Origin: the human T2T-CHM13v2.0 reference genome, Homo sapiens
Assembly (NCBI RefSeq): GCF_009914755.1
Contig: NC_060928.1
Strand: one strand, 5' to 3'
Length of the DNA stretch: 64,000 nt
The position numbers and the translations under genes are program-made. This document shows, in pieces, positions 33,971-51,112 of this stretch. Positions within the stretch are counted from its first letter, which is position 1. Every line of letters starts with the position of its first letter. Under the pieces are notes generated by a model, which worked only from the letters and a program-made list of their open reading frames with translations, made no database searches and was not told the DNA's origin.

Positions 33971-34300
33971 AATAGATAAAAATAATATACAGAAGACATA
34001 AAAGCAGAGGTTAATGATTAAAAAAAAGAGCTAGGTAAGTTATCCCCTCTTTTTTACATATAAATTCAGAAACTCTTTTAATGCTGTTTACTAATGACAT
34101 TATAGCCACTGTGTCCAGCCTGTATTCCAGCTAGGTGACAGAGTGAGACCCTGTCTCTTAAAATAGATAAAAATAATATACAGAAGACATAAAAGCAGAG
34201 GTTAATGAGTTAAAAAAAAGAGCTAGGTAAGTTATCCCCTCTTTTTTACATATAAATTCAGAAAATCTTTTAATGCTGTTTACTAATGACATTATACTTA

Positions 34301-34453
<153 letters not shown>

Positions 34454-36182
34454 CTAAAATAAAAATCAACAAATTTCTTATTAGGAGAAAGATAATTAAA
34501 ACATAAAAATGAGAGAAAACTAGAACTAATCACAATTTTGTTACATATGTGTAAAATGTAACATATAAAAAGTTTTTTTATATATGTAACATATATATGT
34601 AACATATAAAAAATATATATATATATTTTTAGAGCTAGAGGATCCAAAGGTGACTTGCATAAAGCTAGAACCTAATTCTCTTGAATTTCAGCTCAGTCTT
34701 TTTTCACAGGAAACTAAACTTGTGAGTTATGTTTGGGTTTTAGCACAGGAATTCCCTGATACCACCTTTGAAAACTGGGAGAAGTGTTTATTTAGGTATA
34801 AACATGGAATGGACTTGGAAATCTGTCAGGAATCAGGCAGTGCTAGAAACTATCTGTTTTCTCCTTCTCACTCACGACCCATTTGTTCCGCTTTCACGGT
34901 GTTTCTGCTAAGTGTTCCTCTCATCTTCCTATGGTCAACTTGCCCCACACAGTCTTGCCCAAATGCTGCAGCATGTTAGTCTGAAGTTTGGCTAAGCACC
35001 ACCACACATAACTGACAGCCCCTTGTATCACTCAATTGTAGGAACTGCTGATTAGCCACATACTGGTGAAATGAGGGGCCTCAAATCAGTGCAGAGAGAA
35101 GCCTATCAGTGCTTCCCTGACCATGGGACTGTGAGTGGAACCTTTCTCACTAGAACAGAAGGCAGGAAGGACAAGCACTTTGATGTCAATGCTGAGCATA
35201 ATTTGCAGGAACAGTAAGAAGAAACTCAGCCAACTGAGTTGAGGAAAGAAAAAAAGCACAGCTGAGGTGTTGAAAATGTGAATCCGTACTGGATAAGGGA
35301 TAATAGAAATAGCCTCTGTCCAACAACCTTTCAACAATTAGAATGTGATAGATAGACAAGGCTATGAAACAACTAACTACATACATAACTCTCACAGCTG
35401 GGTTAACCCTAAAGGAATCTGTGAGATTTGAAACATGACTACTAAGGCACTGATAAGAACTCTTCACCAGATGGGAGCCTGTGAGGAAAACACAATGTTT
35501 AGCATATTAATGAAAACTTATATACTTGGCCAATTTTATTGGTACAATCTGTTTTTGAGAATAATGAAAAAGATTTCCATTATTTGAACATAATTTAAAT
35601 GTTCTCACACTCAAGGGAAAAATCGTTATGAACTACAAGTTGGTAAAAGTACACTGCTTGTTAAATCACTTAGTGATGGTACTGGAAGTATTTCTTTTGC
35701 TGAATTTCCCACTGTCTGTAGAATTCACACTTTCCTTGTTTATTATTTTAATGGTTTGGACCATGTATATTATAAACTAGCAATATGTACCAGAAATGGT
35801 TTCCTTAGGTACCTGCTAATCAATAAACAGCACATATGCATTATATAATTAAATTTGGGGTTACTACATAAAATAATGCAATATTTTTTAGGCTGAGATA
35901 AATTCTGGCCCTGGTAAAATAAACTCAATTCTAGTTTACTCCTTTTGTTAACCAAAATAAATTTCAAGTGGTCATGTAATTTGACAACTTACCTCCTGGA
36001 ACAGGTTTATACCAACCCACTAATCTGACAGCTATCAACTGGATAAGCCCTTCATGTTCACAGTACTCCTTGATAGACTAGTAAGTCCCCCCACCTACTC
36101 CCCCATGGCTTTGGAGGCTTTTTTCCCTATAGATTTATTTATTCTCATTTTTCCTTTTCATATTTTAAACAATACAAATGAT

Positions 36183-37700
<1,518 letters not shown>

Positions 37701-39039
37701 GTAGACTGGTAAGTTTGAAACAGGTTATTCATCTTTGGTCAAGAGAATTTTATAAAAGAACACTTTCAGTTCTATAATTCTGATTCTACTATTTCTATGT
37801 TGTTTAAACAATATTCTATAGTTTTAATATCCACAAAAAGAACTCTTTCTGAAAATAACAGCTCATCTATAACACACTGGCTGAGATCTTCATGTACAGT
37901 ATTTTTTTTTTCAAGATTGTTACATGATAATTTACACATCTAGCATTTGGTACCATTATAAGTTCAAACAGGAGTACCAAATTTTAGGAAACCTTAAAAT
38001 GTTTCCTTCAGTTTTTATTGCTGGTTAGTTCTATTTTTTTTCAAAGATGTAGAGAAACATATAACATAGTGAATGAATTCAGTATTACTTGCATTAACAG
38101 AACTTCAACTAAAAAATTCTACTCATAGTAATTCTAATACACTCTTTGAGCTCCAGTATTTTTCATATAAAATCAGGAAGTAGTAGTATTCTAGTTACAC
38201 TACCAAATGTCTTATGATGGACACATTCTTTTAGCCTCTGTTTACTGCAATTAAATGCTGCTGCTGCTCTCTAAGAATAACCACTGTGAATATCTGCTTA
38301 CTTCAACCGATACATCAGGCTCAAAATGGATTTAAAACATTAATTTAAAACTTAGGAACACTTCCCAAAGACAAAAATTACGGACATTATCTAATAATGG
38401 AATACTTTAACAAATCAAAAGACATCTAAGGTACATGTGCTATTTATGTGAATTATACATTCATCATTTTTTGCCACTTTGCATTTGCTTTAACAAGAAA
38501 TTCTCAAGTTTTCATAAAGCAGATCATTTTTTTGTCCCACTCCCTATCCACAGAACACATCTGGTCTCTCTCCATCCCTTATTCACTATCCCCTAAAGTG
38601 AAGAAACACGAGCTGACTGAAGGCAAATTTGCAAGAGGGCACTGACAGTAAAGTGTGTGTCCTTCCTGTTCTCTTTCTCAGATCTGCCTGCCACAGAGTG
38701 TGTGCGTGCGTATCCTGTTTCCCTTCTGTTGCCTTGTGGTGAGCACAAATAGCTCAGGCCTACGCCTGCTTTCTAGGGACAAGATAGGTCTCACTCTCAG
38801 TCTTCCTGCTACTGGAGCTTGATGGATATAAAGCTCTTATTGTGGGTTAAGAAAGTTTGTTCTTCAGATTCCAAGGACTAGTCACAGGAGGAAAATATTG
38901 AGAGGCATGATTTTAAGCCAAACCTAAGGCCACATTTTCCAGTAGAGCTTTATCAAAAATAAAACTGATATTATGATCTTTATCTGACTCTATTTTTTTT
39001 TTTTTTTTAGTCTCAGTGGTCATGACTGACTGACTTATA

Positions 39040-39331
<292 letters not shown>

Positions 39332-39749
39332 ATGACTGACTTTTATGTCATTTTAACTGGCTGCAAATGAAGTGGAGTTAGCAGGTAATTCTCTATCTCA
39401 ACCTACTTCAGATTTCATGGGATTATAAATTAATCAAATCTTGAAAATGTTACTATTTTTAAAAATTCCATTGGAAAAATATATTGATAATTTCCCTTTA
39501 TAAAATCACAACAAATGCAAAGTTTTGATTTGAATCTTTACAAACCTATGTTGGCCTACAGACCATTCACTGCATTATGAAGGCATGTATCCCAGCCAGG
39601 AGTAACCTCTGAGGAATACCTTCATACCTGACTAGCAGGCTCCAGATAAGGAGGAGAAATGGGGCTCATGTACACAAACTTTCTTCACTAGCCTTGCTTC
39701 AATTTTTCCAATTATTTATGATCATGTATTTTATCATTTATATTCTCCA

Positions 39750-39871
39750 ATTAGAATGGCTCCATGAGCAGAGGATTTTTGTCTGTTTTCCTCACTACTG
39801 TTAACTCTAGCATTTAGAGTGGTACCTGGCACATAGCAGATATTTAATAAATATTTGTTGACTAAATGAAT
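39750..39871. mobile_element. L2 3' end
   Basis: cctggcacatagcagatatttaataaatatttgttgactaaatgaat. Confidence 0.75.
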
Positions 39872-40877
39872 CTGCCTTACAATAGCTTGACTCAGAGTGA
39901 GAATTTGTGGGCAACTCCACAAATTCATCCTGTATCCACTTGTGAGGACAACCAAACAGGCTTAACCAGTTTGTACTTTTAAAGAAACAGTTGTTCTTTA
40001 GAGAAGAATACAAGACTGTATCACTGGCTTTAAACTGCTTATCACCTGTCCTACCTTTGTTTCTTCTGAAGGTGGAACAGTGTTTCCCTAGACTGATTTC
40101 TACTTTTAAAAGCCTCCTTGTAAAAGGCTTTTAATCAAAACCCATCACTGATGAATTCTCCCTAACAGGACAAAGAAAAGGAAAGCTTTATGGTAGAGAA
40201 TGAACTTTAAACCATGCTTCACCATTATCTTCTACTATTGGACTTCTTTGGCCTGCCTATACCTTTATCAAAACAAAGCTAGATTTGGTAAGGTACAAAG
40301 CAACCACATGTAAAAAGTCCCTAACTGATGAATACATTCTATCCACTGATAGAATTTATTGGGCATTAACCATGTATTAGATGCTGAGGATATAATGGTG
40401 ATTGAAAATAGATCCAGTCTTTGCCTTATGATACTTTTAGGGAAGAAAAATATCCTGACTCTGGGAATTCTGAACATAGAAAAGTTATCACCACAAGACT
40501 AGAGAACAGTTGTGGCAACAGAAAGGAGAAAGGCTTATCTACGTTTCAGGAGCCATAGGTCTCTGCTGGAATAAGACTGAGAGGGGTGGTGGGGGGAGGG
40601 AGGGAGGAAGAGAGAGGAAGAAAGAGAGGGAAAGAGGGAGGCAAGGAGAGAGGCAAGGGAGATTGAGATTGAATGTCTCTTTGATGGAGTTCACTTAATG
40701 AACAAATATAAGGACCCAAACTTTTCAGACTGTTCTGATTTGTGGGCTATAAACTCTACCTTCTGTTCACTTAACATCATAGGTGTGTGGTGTTAATTTA
40801 GTTTATGTCACTTTTTTTTTAAAGCAACTCTTTACTCCTTCAAACTATAGTTATTAATATTTAAATAGTACAGCTAA

Positions 40878-41830
40878 TTTTTTTTTTTTTTGAGACAGGG
40901 TCACGCTCTGTCATCCAGGCTGGAGCGTGACGGCATGAACACGGCTTACTGCAGCCTTGACTTCCTGGGCTCAAGCGATCCTCCCATCTCTGCCTCCGAA
41001 GCAGCTGGGACTAGAGGTGGGTGTGTGCCACCATGCTTGGCTAATTTTAAAATGTTTTTGTAGAGGTGGGGGCTAACTATGTTGCTCAGGCTGCTCTCAA
41101 ACTCCTGGGTTCAAGTGATCCTCCTGCCTCGGCCTCCCAAATACACCTAAATTTTATGCCACATTCCTCTACAACAAATTCCAAAGTTTTCCAGGCAAGT
41201 TTTCATATAAGATGGCAATGCAGGAAGTACTTCACCACAGGCAACAGTTATTTTATGAATAAATAAGTGATAAAGTACAAATTTAAATGACCTTTAATCA
41301 GTCTTTGTCTCTGTGTGAGAAACTAGATCAGTCACCTCATGTCACTAATACGTCCTTCAAAATCTATACTGATCCACCATGTACTTCACCTCTCTGCATT
41401 GTAATTTCCTCATCCGTAAAATGGAGACAACAGTATTAATGGCCAGGTGCGATGGCTCACGCCTGTAATCCTAGAACTTTGGGAAGCCGAGGTGGGCAGA
41501 TCGCTTGAGGTCAGGAGTTCAAGATGAGCCTGGGCTACACGGTGAAACTCCGTCTCCACTAAAAATACAAAAATTAGCTGGGCATGGTGGTGGGTGCCTG
41601 TAATCCCAGCTGCTTGGGAGGCTGAGGCAGAAGAATCACCTGAACCCAGAGGGCAGAGGTTGCAGTGAGCCAAGATTGTGCCACTGCACTGCAGCCTGGG
41701 TGACAGGGTGAGACTCAGTCTGAACAAAAACAGTATTTGTCACATAGGGTCACTGTGAGAAGTAACTATATGTCAAGCAGCTAGAACAGTATATAGAATA
41801 CTATTCATACTATTAGCCAGCTACTATTAC
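40878..41830. mobile_element. AluJ (40878-41141 -) and a MIR interrupted by AluS (41441-41730 +)
   Basis: MIR core tttcctcatccgtaaaatgg; Alu TSD aacagtatt. Confidence 0.8.
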
Positions 41831-42322
41831 ACTAATAATTAGTATACTTTTATTAGATGGTAGTTCATAGCTACTTCCCAAGACAAAAAATATTAATAAT
41901 TGTGAACAATGCAAGGCTGTTTTCTGATCTAGAATCTATTTGCTTAAATTTTAATGAGTTACAGTCATACATCCTACTAGTAACAACAGAAAGGTCAGTA
42001 TAATCTGTATTACTCTGATAATATGGTCTTAAATTTGGTACTTCTTTTTTATTACCACCAAGAAGTAAACCTCATATTAGTAATCTCTTTCCAAAATTTT
42101 ATTGGTTGTTATCCAATAACCCTATATAGAAAATTAACTTGTTTAATATTTATGAATGTATTTGACAAAGTGTTCATAATTGTAATTCATCAGAAAGGCA
42201 CAGCACTCAAAATTAGACATTCCTTTGAAGCATTATTAATATTTTTAGTGGTCAAGGAGGGTTGACATATAACATACTTTAAACACTTTCCAGGCTGCAA
42301 TTAGGTCAACTGTGATCTGTGG

Positions 42323-42500
42323 CAGTATTTCTCAAGTGGGGAATGTGGACCACCAGCAGCAGAATTACTTACGGTGTGTGCCAAAAATGCATATTCCTGA
42401 CCTCTGCTCCAGATATATTAAAACAAATACCTTTAGCTGTGAGGTGTAAGAATCTGTATTTTAGACAAACATTCTTCACGGTACCCACATTAAAATTCTA
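42323..42500. mobile_element. MER5A-like hAT element
   Basis: cagtatttctcaagtg...accagcagcagaattact. Confidence 0.6.
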
Positions 42501-44327
42501 GAGTTAAGGCTATATGGTTTAAAACAAACTGATCATTAATCAATGGTGAATGAACAAAATGGTGAATGAACAAAAAAGTTTTCATGAAGAAGTTCTAGTT
42601 TTGATTAAAAATTGCTCTGTAACCTACTTTAACAAAAATAGCTGGCCACCTAACCAAACTAGAGTCTGAGTTACAGTCATTTTCCATTATAGGTTATCAA
42701 TTGTATCACCGCCTCATTGGATTTCAAAGTTATCAACCAACAACATAGAGCACTGCATGGCATGCCTTTGCAGTGCCATCCACTGAATAATCTATTAAAA
42801 GCTATATTGCAAAATGTGACTCTTTCAAAGACAAACAGCTAATTCATTTGGTAATCTAGAATCTGTCCTTATGTAAACAAAAGCATGAGAAAACAACAAT
42901 TTTAGACTATTTAATTTTGACCTTTCACAAACTAACCTTCAGTGATCTCCAAGTGTGATACCTCATTTTAGTAAGTCACTTTATAGCTACCTTATAAAAT
43001 CATCTACTGTATTTACAGTAGAAGTAGTACTGAAGTTATCATAGGTTACAGAATTTATTGGCTGTTACAGAAAACTCCAGTAGAGAAATCCCTTACAGAG
43101 GGAAGAAGCAAGGAAAGCATTTATTCCCCTGAACAATTTATATATTTCTCTCCTCTGGGGAATATGGCATAGTTTATAATTCTCTTTTCATTTTGACTAT
43201 CATTTAAACAAATCTTATACTCAATATTAATAACTATGTAAAATAGTTGCTAATGGCTTGATTTGTAATGCATATTCTCTAGTACAATCTATATATTTGG
43301 ATGTGATCAATTCTTCTGGTCTGAAGCAGGGTATAAACAAATATGTAGTATAAAAGGAAGGGCAGTCTTCTGGAATAACTGCTTATTCCAGGCCTATCCC
43401 TGCTGATGAATGGTGGCAATCAAAGCATTACTCTGACTGCCAGTCTTACAGTGATCAACTAAGCCACTAACTACTATCTGTATGGATGCTTAAACATGTA
43501 ATTCAGTTTACTGTCATTACATCTTAGTTTCTGCAAAAAGAGCCCTTTAAAGTACATTAAAGGAATGCCTTAGTATCATGATCCAGAGCATATTCCCAGA
43601 ATTCTAGGGCTCTAAACACGTGGCTAAGGAACTGCTTGTGAGGTGGAGGGCGGGGTAGGAGCAAGAGGACAAGGGAGGACTTGGGCCACAAGAACAGCTC
43701 CACTTTTATCTCTTTAAGACATTGTATTCCTTTATTCAGAAAAAAGAGAGACTTTTTCTAGAAAACGGGGAAAAGATCCCACAGATTCGAAAACTAAGGA
43801 CATCTGCTTAAGGACAAGAATGACTGGAATCTTACCTCCTTCACATCTGAGTTACTAAGAACTAGTTGTAATGTCTCAAACACACTGTGCTATCTCATGT
43901 TCATGACAGTTAATTTTGCTTTAAATGTTCTCATGTCTTATCCACCATGCGAACTTTTTCAGAAATCTTTCTTTGTTCTAGGACAGACTTAATCATTTCC
44001 TCTTTAGTGGTCCCACTATCCCACATTCATCTCTCCATTACAGGAATTATCATAATGCATTACAAGTGTTTTCACTTATTTGTTCCTTCTCAAACCGTGT
44101 GGTAGATAAGATTTACAACAGCATCCTCAAGGTAAATACAAAAGTCTTCTAGAGAATTTCTTATACTACTCACCAAAGTAAACTGACAGCATAAAGATAT
44201 ATTAATGTACATCTTATTTAAGACAGATCTTTGGTGTACTGGTTAACAATCCTCACATTAGGTATCACAGATACATAAATGTCTAGATGTTATCAGAGGT
44301 ACTCAAAGATTAAGATTAAGCACATGT

Positions 44328-44623
44328 GGCTGGGCATGGTGGCTCACGCCTGTAATTCCAGCACTATTGAGAGGTCAAGGTGGGAGGATTGCTTAAGCCC
44401 AGGAGTTCCAGACCAGTCTGGGCAACATAACGAGACCTTGTCTCTACAAAAAATTTAAAAATTAGCCAGATATGGTGAAGCATGCCTGTAGTCCCAGCTA
44501 TTCAGGAGGCTGAGGCGGGAAGATTGCTTGAGCCCAGGAGGTTGAGGCTGCAGTGAGCCGTGATTGCACCACTGCACTCCATTCTGGGAGACAGAGCAAG
44601 ACCCTGTCTCTAATATTAAAAAA
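44328..44623 (+). mobile_element. AluJ
   Basis: TSD aagattaagcacat/aagattaagtgcat. Confidence 0.9.
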
Positions 44624-46630
44624 AGATTAAGTGCATTCATGAATATACTTTAAATAAAATCACAGTAATAAGTGAAGCTGAAAAGCTAACAACTACTATA
44701 TTAGAGTTTCCTGTATGTGCTATAGTAGCATGTCCTATAACTGTAATTTTCCAACCTGATGGCCAAGATGATGATGTCTGACATTAGTTGGGATGGCAAT
44801 TACTAGAAATGGAAATGAAGCCAAGGCCCCACTTGAAAGACTATAATGAGTCACAGTTGAAAAGAACAAAGAGAAGCTCATTTCAGGCCAGGGTAACAGC
44901 AAGTGCAAACTCTACTGCAGGAAAGGGACTGGTGTATCAAAGGAAAATGTTAGAATGAGCTAGAGAAAAATGTTTTGAGGTCAGACAGAGAGGCAGTCAA
45001 TGCCATATGAAACCTTGTAGACCATGGTAAAGAGTCTGAATATTAGTTAAGCAGCAGAAAGCCACTGAAGTCTTAAGCATGGCTGTGATTTGACATAATT
45101 TATAATACTAAAAAAGACTTCTGGTTTCTATTTGGACAATGGATTTCACACAGGCAGCCACAGAATTAGGAAGAGAAGTTAGGAAACAATTGGTTGATAT
45201 GACTAGTAGATTGATGAAATAGATGAATAATCTGTAGGAAAGAACTAGAGTAATAAAGTTGAGTATCATCAGCATATAAATTATATTTAAAGCCTTGGGG
45301 TCAGATTACTTGGGAAGCAAATGCAAACAGAGAAGGCCCAGGACATAGCCTTAAAATATCACATTTATCTTCTGGAGACTTCCAGCTCTGGCCATGAGAG
45401 AGTAATAATGGCCAGACTTAACTTCCACAGGAAACAACTAGAAAACTGGACAAAATACATGACATTGTGTTTAGATATTAAACAATAAGCAGCACAAGAC
45501 TGTGATCCCTGTGAGAAGGGAAATGAATGAAGTAAACCCTACCACTAAACTGGCTTTCTGCCTGGAGAAAATATCTGGACTTTGGGTGCAGCCTTGCTAG
45601 ACTGATGAGACAAAGATCAAAGTCCAGGGAGGTAGAACTAGAAAAGAGAGATTCATTAAAATAAAACAAAAAAAACTTCAAAACTTTGCAAGGTAGTTTT
45701 CTTGAGTCTTTGATGAGCACAGGCCATGAATATGCAGAATGAAACTTCACAAAGCTAGGCCAAAACAGCTGGGGAGTTGTAAGCTGAACAATGCTCAGAG
45801 CTCATGCAGGTAGGAGATGATCAAACTGACCGGGAGGGAGGTGTTTCCTCAAGATCACCTGTGATGTACAGTGGAGGCCCTAGAGGGTCATGCCTTGGAA
45901 ATAAGTTAACTAGCTCTAGAATGAAGACAACTTTACACTTGTCCTAGCAAAGCTTAAAAACAAAGTTTAAAAGTGTAAAATAGATCCACAAGTAACTTGA
46001 CTAACTTAAACCCAATACTCTTTACAGGAAGATAGTAATAACAAAAAAATCAGAGACCTAGGAATATAATATTCACAAGGTCCACCTTCAAATAAAGAAT
46101 TATAAAACACACCCAGAAGTAGGACAATATGATCCATAACCAGTAGAAAAATAAGTCAACAGAAGAAGATACAGAGATGATGGAACTCGCACATAAGGAT
46201 ATTAAGCCAGCTATTTTAATGGAGTATTAAAGGATAAACACGAACATAATGTGGAGAGAAATGAAAGACACAAAAACAACTTCTAAAGATAAAACACACA
46301 ATATCGAAATAAAAGGTTCACTGAGTGGGATTAATAGTATATTATTGCAGAAAAAAGATAAGTAAACATGAATACATACTAATAGAATTTATCCACAAGG
46401 AAGTACAGAGAGAAAAAAAGACTGAAAACAAAATGAACATAATCTTAGTGACCCGTGGAATGGTATCAAAGAGTCTAACATATGTAACTGGAGTCACAGA
46501 AAAGGTAGTAGAGAGAGAGAAAAAATATTTAATTGAAATAATAGCCAAAACTTTTCCAAATTTAATGAAAAGTATAAACCTAAGGGTCCAAGAAGATCAA
46601 TGAACCCCAAAACAGGATAAACACACACAC

Positions 46631-46791
46631 ATTACAGACCCCATATACAGCATTGGTCCCATAAGATTATAATAAAGCTGAAAAATTCCTCTCACCACCT
46701 AATGGCATTGTAGTGTCATAGTTTAATGAATTACTCATGTTTGTGGTGATGCTGATATAAACAAACCTACCACACTGCTAGTCCTATAAAA
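46631..46791 (-). repeat. Inverted copy of 48155-48316 (Tigger3 piece)
   Basis: Reverse complement aligns at roughly 90% by eye over about 160 bp. Confidence 0.9.
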
Positions 46792-47328
46792 CCTTACTCC
46801 AAAAACCTTACTCCCCAAAACCCTTACCAAAGCATTTAATAATCAAAATGCTAGAAACCAGTGATAAAAAGGAAACTGTAAAAGAAGCCAGAGAGAAAGA
46901 TACTCTATATACATGAAGATAAGAAAGCTCACATATTTCTTAGAAACAATGCAACCCAGAAGACAATATAATTCTATATCTAGTGAAAATATCCACTCAA
47001 AATGAAGGTGAAATGAAAACACTTTCATACAAACAAAATCTGAAAAAAAAAATCATCATCAACAGGGCTGTGTAAGAAGTGTTAATGGAAGTTCTTAAAG
47101 TGGAAGAAAAAGAATACCAGATAGAAACTTGAATTCTGCACAAAGGAACAAAAAATGTCAGAAATAGTAAACATGTAAATATAAAATACTTTCCAATTTC
47201 TGACTTCTGTAAAAGATAAATGAATGTTTAAGCAAAAATAATAAAAATGTATTGTGGAATTTATAACGTGGTAGAAAAAATACCCGACAACAATACCACG
47301 AAGGACAGGCAGGACGGGAATGGAAGTA

Positions 47329-48348
47329 CAGTCATGCTTTGCTTAACAAAGATACGTTACGAGAAAAGTGTTGTTAGGCAATTTTGTCATTGTGTGAACA
47401 TCATAGAGTGTAATTACACAAACCTAGATGGTATTAGCCTACTACATATCTAGGATATGTGGTACAGCCTATTGTTCCTAGGCTACAAAACCTGTATAGC
47501 ATGTTACTACACTCAATATTATAGAAGATTGTAATACAATGGTAAATATTTGTCTATCTAAACACTAAGGTATAGTCAAAATACCATATAAAAGATTAAA
47601 AATGGTGCACCTGTATAGGTACTTACCATGAATGGAGCTTGTGGAACTGGAAGTTGCCCTGGGTAAGCCAGTGAGTGAGTGGTGAGTGAAATGTGAAGGC
47701 CTGGGACATTAGCGTACACTACTGTGGACTTTATAAACATTGTATACATAGACTACACTAAATGTATTTAAAAATTTTCTGTCTTCAATAAATTAACCTT
47801 ATCTTACTGTAACCTTTTCACTTTATAAACTTGAAGACACAAACACACACGTCAGCCTATGCCTACAGAGGGTCAGGATCATCAACATCACTGTCTTCCA
47901 CCTCCAATCTAGAAAGTCTTCAAGGGCAATAACACGAATGAAGCTGTCATCTCCTGTGATAACTATACACTATACACTGAAATACCTCCTGAAGGACCTG
48001 CCTGAGGCCGTTTTACAGTTCACTTTCTTTTAATACGTAGAACACTCCAAAATAATGATAAAAAGTAAAGTATTAAAAATACACAAACCAGGCATGCAGT
48101 CAATTATTATTGTTGTCAAGCATTAGGTACTGTACATAATTGTATGTCCTAAACTTTTATAGGACTAGCAGTGTGGTAGGTTTGTTTACATCAGCATCAC
48201 CACAAACATGTGAGTAATGCACTACACTGTGACACTACGATGTCATTAGGTGGTGAGAGGAATTTTTCGGTCTATTATAATCTTATGGGACCACTGCTGT
48301 ATATGGGGTCTGTAATTCACTGAAATGTCATTATGTGATGCATGACTG
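47329..48348 (+). mobile_element. Tigger3b-like DNA transposon (about 1 kb)
   Basis: TA|CAGTCATGC...GCATGACTG inverted termini. Confidence 0.88.
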
Positions 48349-49116
48349 CCTATAGTTGTAAGGTTTTTATGACATATGTGAAGTGGTATAATATTATTTG
48401 AAGGGAGATTATGCTAAGCTAAAGATGTACCTTGAAAACAAACAGTAGAGATAAAATAAGGTGCTAAAAATACTAAATCCAAAGGAAGGAAGAATAAAAG
48501 TAAAAAGGGAACAAAAAAGTGATCAAATAGAAAACAAATAGCAAAATGGTAGGTTTAAACCCAATCATATGGTTGTGATATTAATAATTACATTAAATGT
48601 AAATTGTCTAATCAATTAAAAGAGATTGTTAGACTTGTTAAAAACAAGACTTGACTAACATGCTAACTGTAAGAAATCCACTTTAAATATAAAATGTTTG
48701 GTTAAGAGCAGTAAAGAATGTATATATACCATATAAAGATTAAGCATAAGAGAGCTGGAATGGCTATAATAAAACCAGAGAAAATGTTTCAGACAAGGTG
48801 ATATGACCAGTGATAAAAGGATTCATTTCATGGTGACAAAGGGGTTGATTCATTAAGAAGACATATTGATTCTTAGTTCAAATGCAACTGAGTGGAAATT
48901 TCAACACTCCTTTTCAGTAATTGATAAGTAGAAAGAAAATCAGTAAGGATACTGAACAACGTGATCAAACAAAAAGGATACTTCATAAACATAAACTTAT
49001 CAATTCATCCAGGAGACATAAGAATGCTAAATTTTTATTTGCCCCAAAACAGAACTTCAAAATACATAAAATAAAAACTGACATAACTGAAAGAAGAAAT
49101 AGTTATCTATACAAGT

Positions 49117-49502
49117 TGATATGGTTTGGCTATGTCCCCACCCAAATCTCATCTGGAATTGTAATCCCCAAGAGTCAGTGAAGGGACCTGGTGGGAGGTG
49201 ACTGGATCATGAGGGCAGATTTCCCCCATGCTATTCTTGTGATGGTGAGTGAGTTCTCATGAGATCTGACAATTTAAAAGTGTGTGGCACTTCCCCCTTC
49301 GTGCCCACGCTCTCTCCCTCTCTCTGTCTCCTGCTGCCATGTAAGATATGCCTTGCTTCCCCTTCACCTTCTAGGACCATGATGGTTAAGTTTCCTGAAG
49401 CCTCCCCAGCCATGCGGAACTGTAAGTCAATTAAATCTATTTTCTTCATAAATTACTCAGTCTCAGGTACTTCTTGAAAGCAGTGTGAAAATCAACTCTA
49501 CA
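49117..49502 (+). mobile_element. MaLR solo LTR (MSTA-like)
   Basis: tgatatggtttggct...ctaca; 5-bp TSD caagt/caagc. Confidence 0.9.
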
Positions 49503-50809
49503 CAAGCGTAGTTAAGAATTTCAATCTTCTCTCAGCAATTTATAGTTCAAATAGATTAAAAAATCAGTAAAGATGCAGAAGACTTGAACACTATCAACCA
49601 ATTTGACTTTATAGACATTCATAGCATATTTCACAGTAGAAAAACACACATTATTTTTAAGAAATTTGTTAGAGTAGGATCCACCAGCAGTGGAGACAGA
49701 AGAGTGACTACTGAGTTCAGAGAAAAACTAGGAAAGTACAATATAAAGGGAGCCAACAGATAAAGTGAATTTAAAAGTACAGCATATATGAACTCTGAAA
49801 AGCTAAGAAAGGTGAAAGAGAAAACGGTGCAGAGAATTTGGCAACATACTGGTAACTGACTATCTGAACAGAGCCGCTTCAGTGGACGAGCAGGCTAAAA
49901 GCCATGCTGGAATGTATTGGGAAGTGAATGTATGTGGAAACTGCAATGAGACTGCAACATAGTCAAGATGCTTGGTTGCAAAAGGGGATAGAGAAATGGG
50001 GTCGTAGGTAAAGAAGGATACTGTGCTCAAAAGAAGTTTGCTATTTTTGATGAGATTTATTAGAACATATATGTTGAGTAAATGATCCACTATAGAAAAA
50101 GTTGATGACACGGGTTAGAGTGGCAAAATTAATGGAGTCAGTTCCTTGAAGAGTGAGGAGGTGGGATCCAAAGCACAAGGGGAATTTCCTCAATCAAGAA
50201 AAAAATCCCACCAGTAGTATAACTTAACATTTGCAAAAAAGAGTTTTAAACATGCTTATAAAAGGTTAAATTATCCCACCTTAGTAAACAGATTATATAA
50301 ATATTTATAGAACGGGCAGGGATGGTTTTGTGTTCTTTTCCTAAATGGCTACAGACTGCTTTGATTTTCTAGTGTTTTTTCTTGCCTCTTTTCCTCATAC
50401 TCCTCTACATGAAATCTGCATTGCTGCTTCTAATTTGCTGTGGTTACTTCCAGAGTAAGTTCTTCTATAGAACTCTTAAGGTCATAAAAGAAAATCAAAC
50501 AATCAAATGTATTATGCAAAGAATATTAACTTTATAGATGGCAATAGGTATTAAGAAGCTCTGAGCTAAAGATGGCTATACATCTTTACTACAAGAAAAG
50601 TACATGAATTGTATGATAGTCCTTATCTATAGGCCTTTCTCTCTAACTCTGAAGATCATAAATTGGTTTTGGTAGTTCACACCTTTCAAAAGACTGATAT
50701 TAGATACATGAGGAAATTTAATAATCTCTAAATTTAAGATAAGCATAAGAAAATACTCCACAAAATGAAAGTATACCCAGTTGGAAAATTAAATTGAAAA
50801 TCAAAGTGA

Positions 50810-51112
<303 letters not shown>

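Larger units (their letters stand above)
45370..49660 (+). mobile_element. Old L1M 5' portion (5'UTR, ORF1 remnant, start of ORF2) with Tigger3 and MST insertions
   Basis: ORF 46325..46603 gives EIIAKTFPNLMKSINLRVQE (ORF1-like); ORF2 start-like ataattacattaaatgtaaat near 48585. Confidence 0.75.

Noticed and set aside
34650-34979. 109-aa + strand ORF in unique-looking intronic DNA
   Set aside because: Non-ATG start, no recognisable domain and no Tudor motifs; probably chance or an unrecognised ancient repeat.
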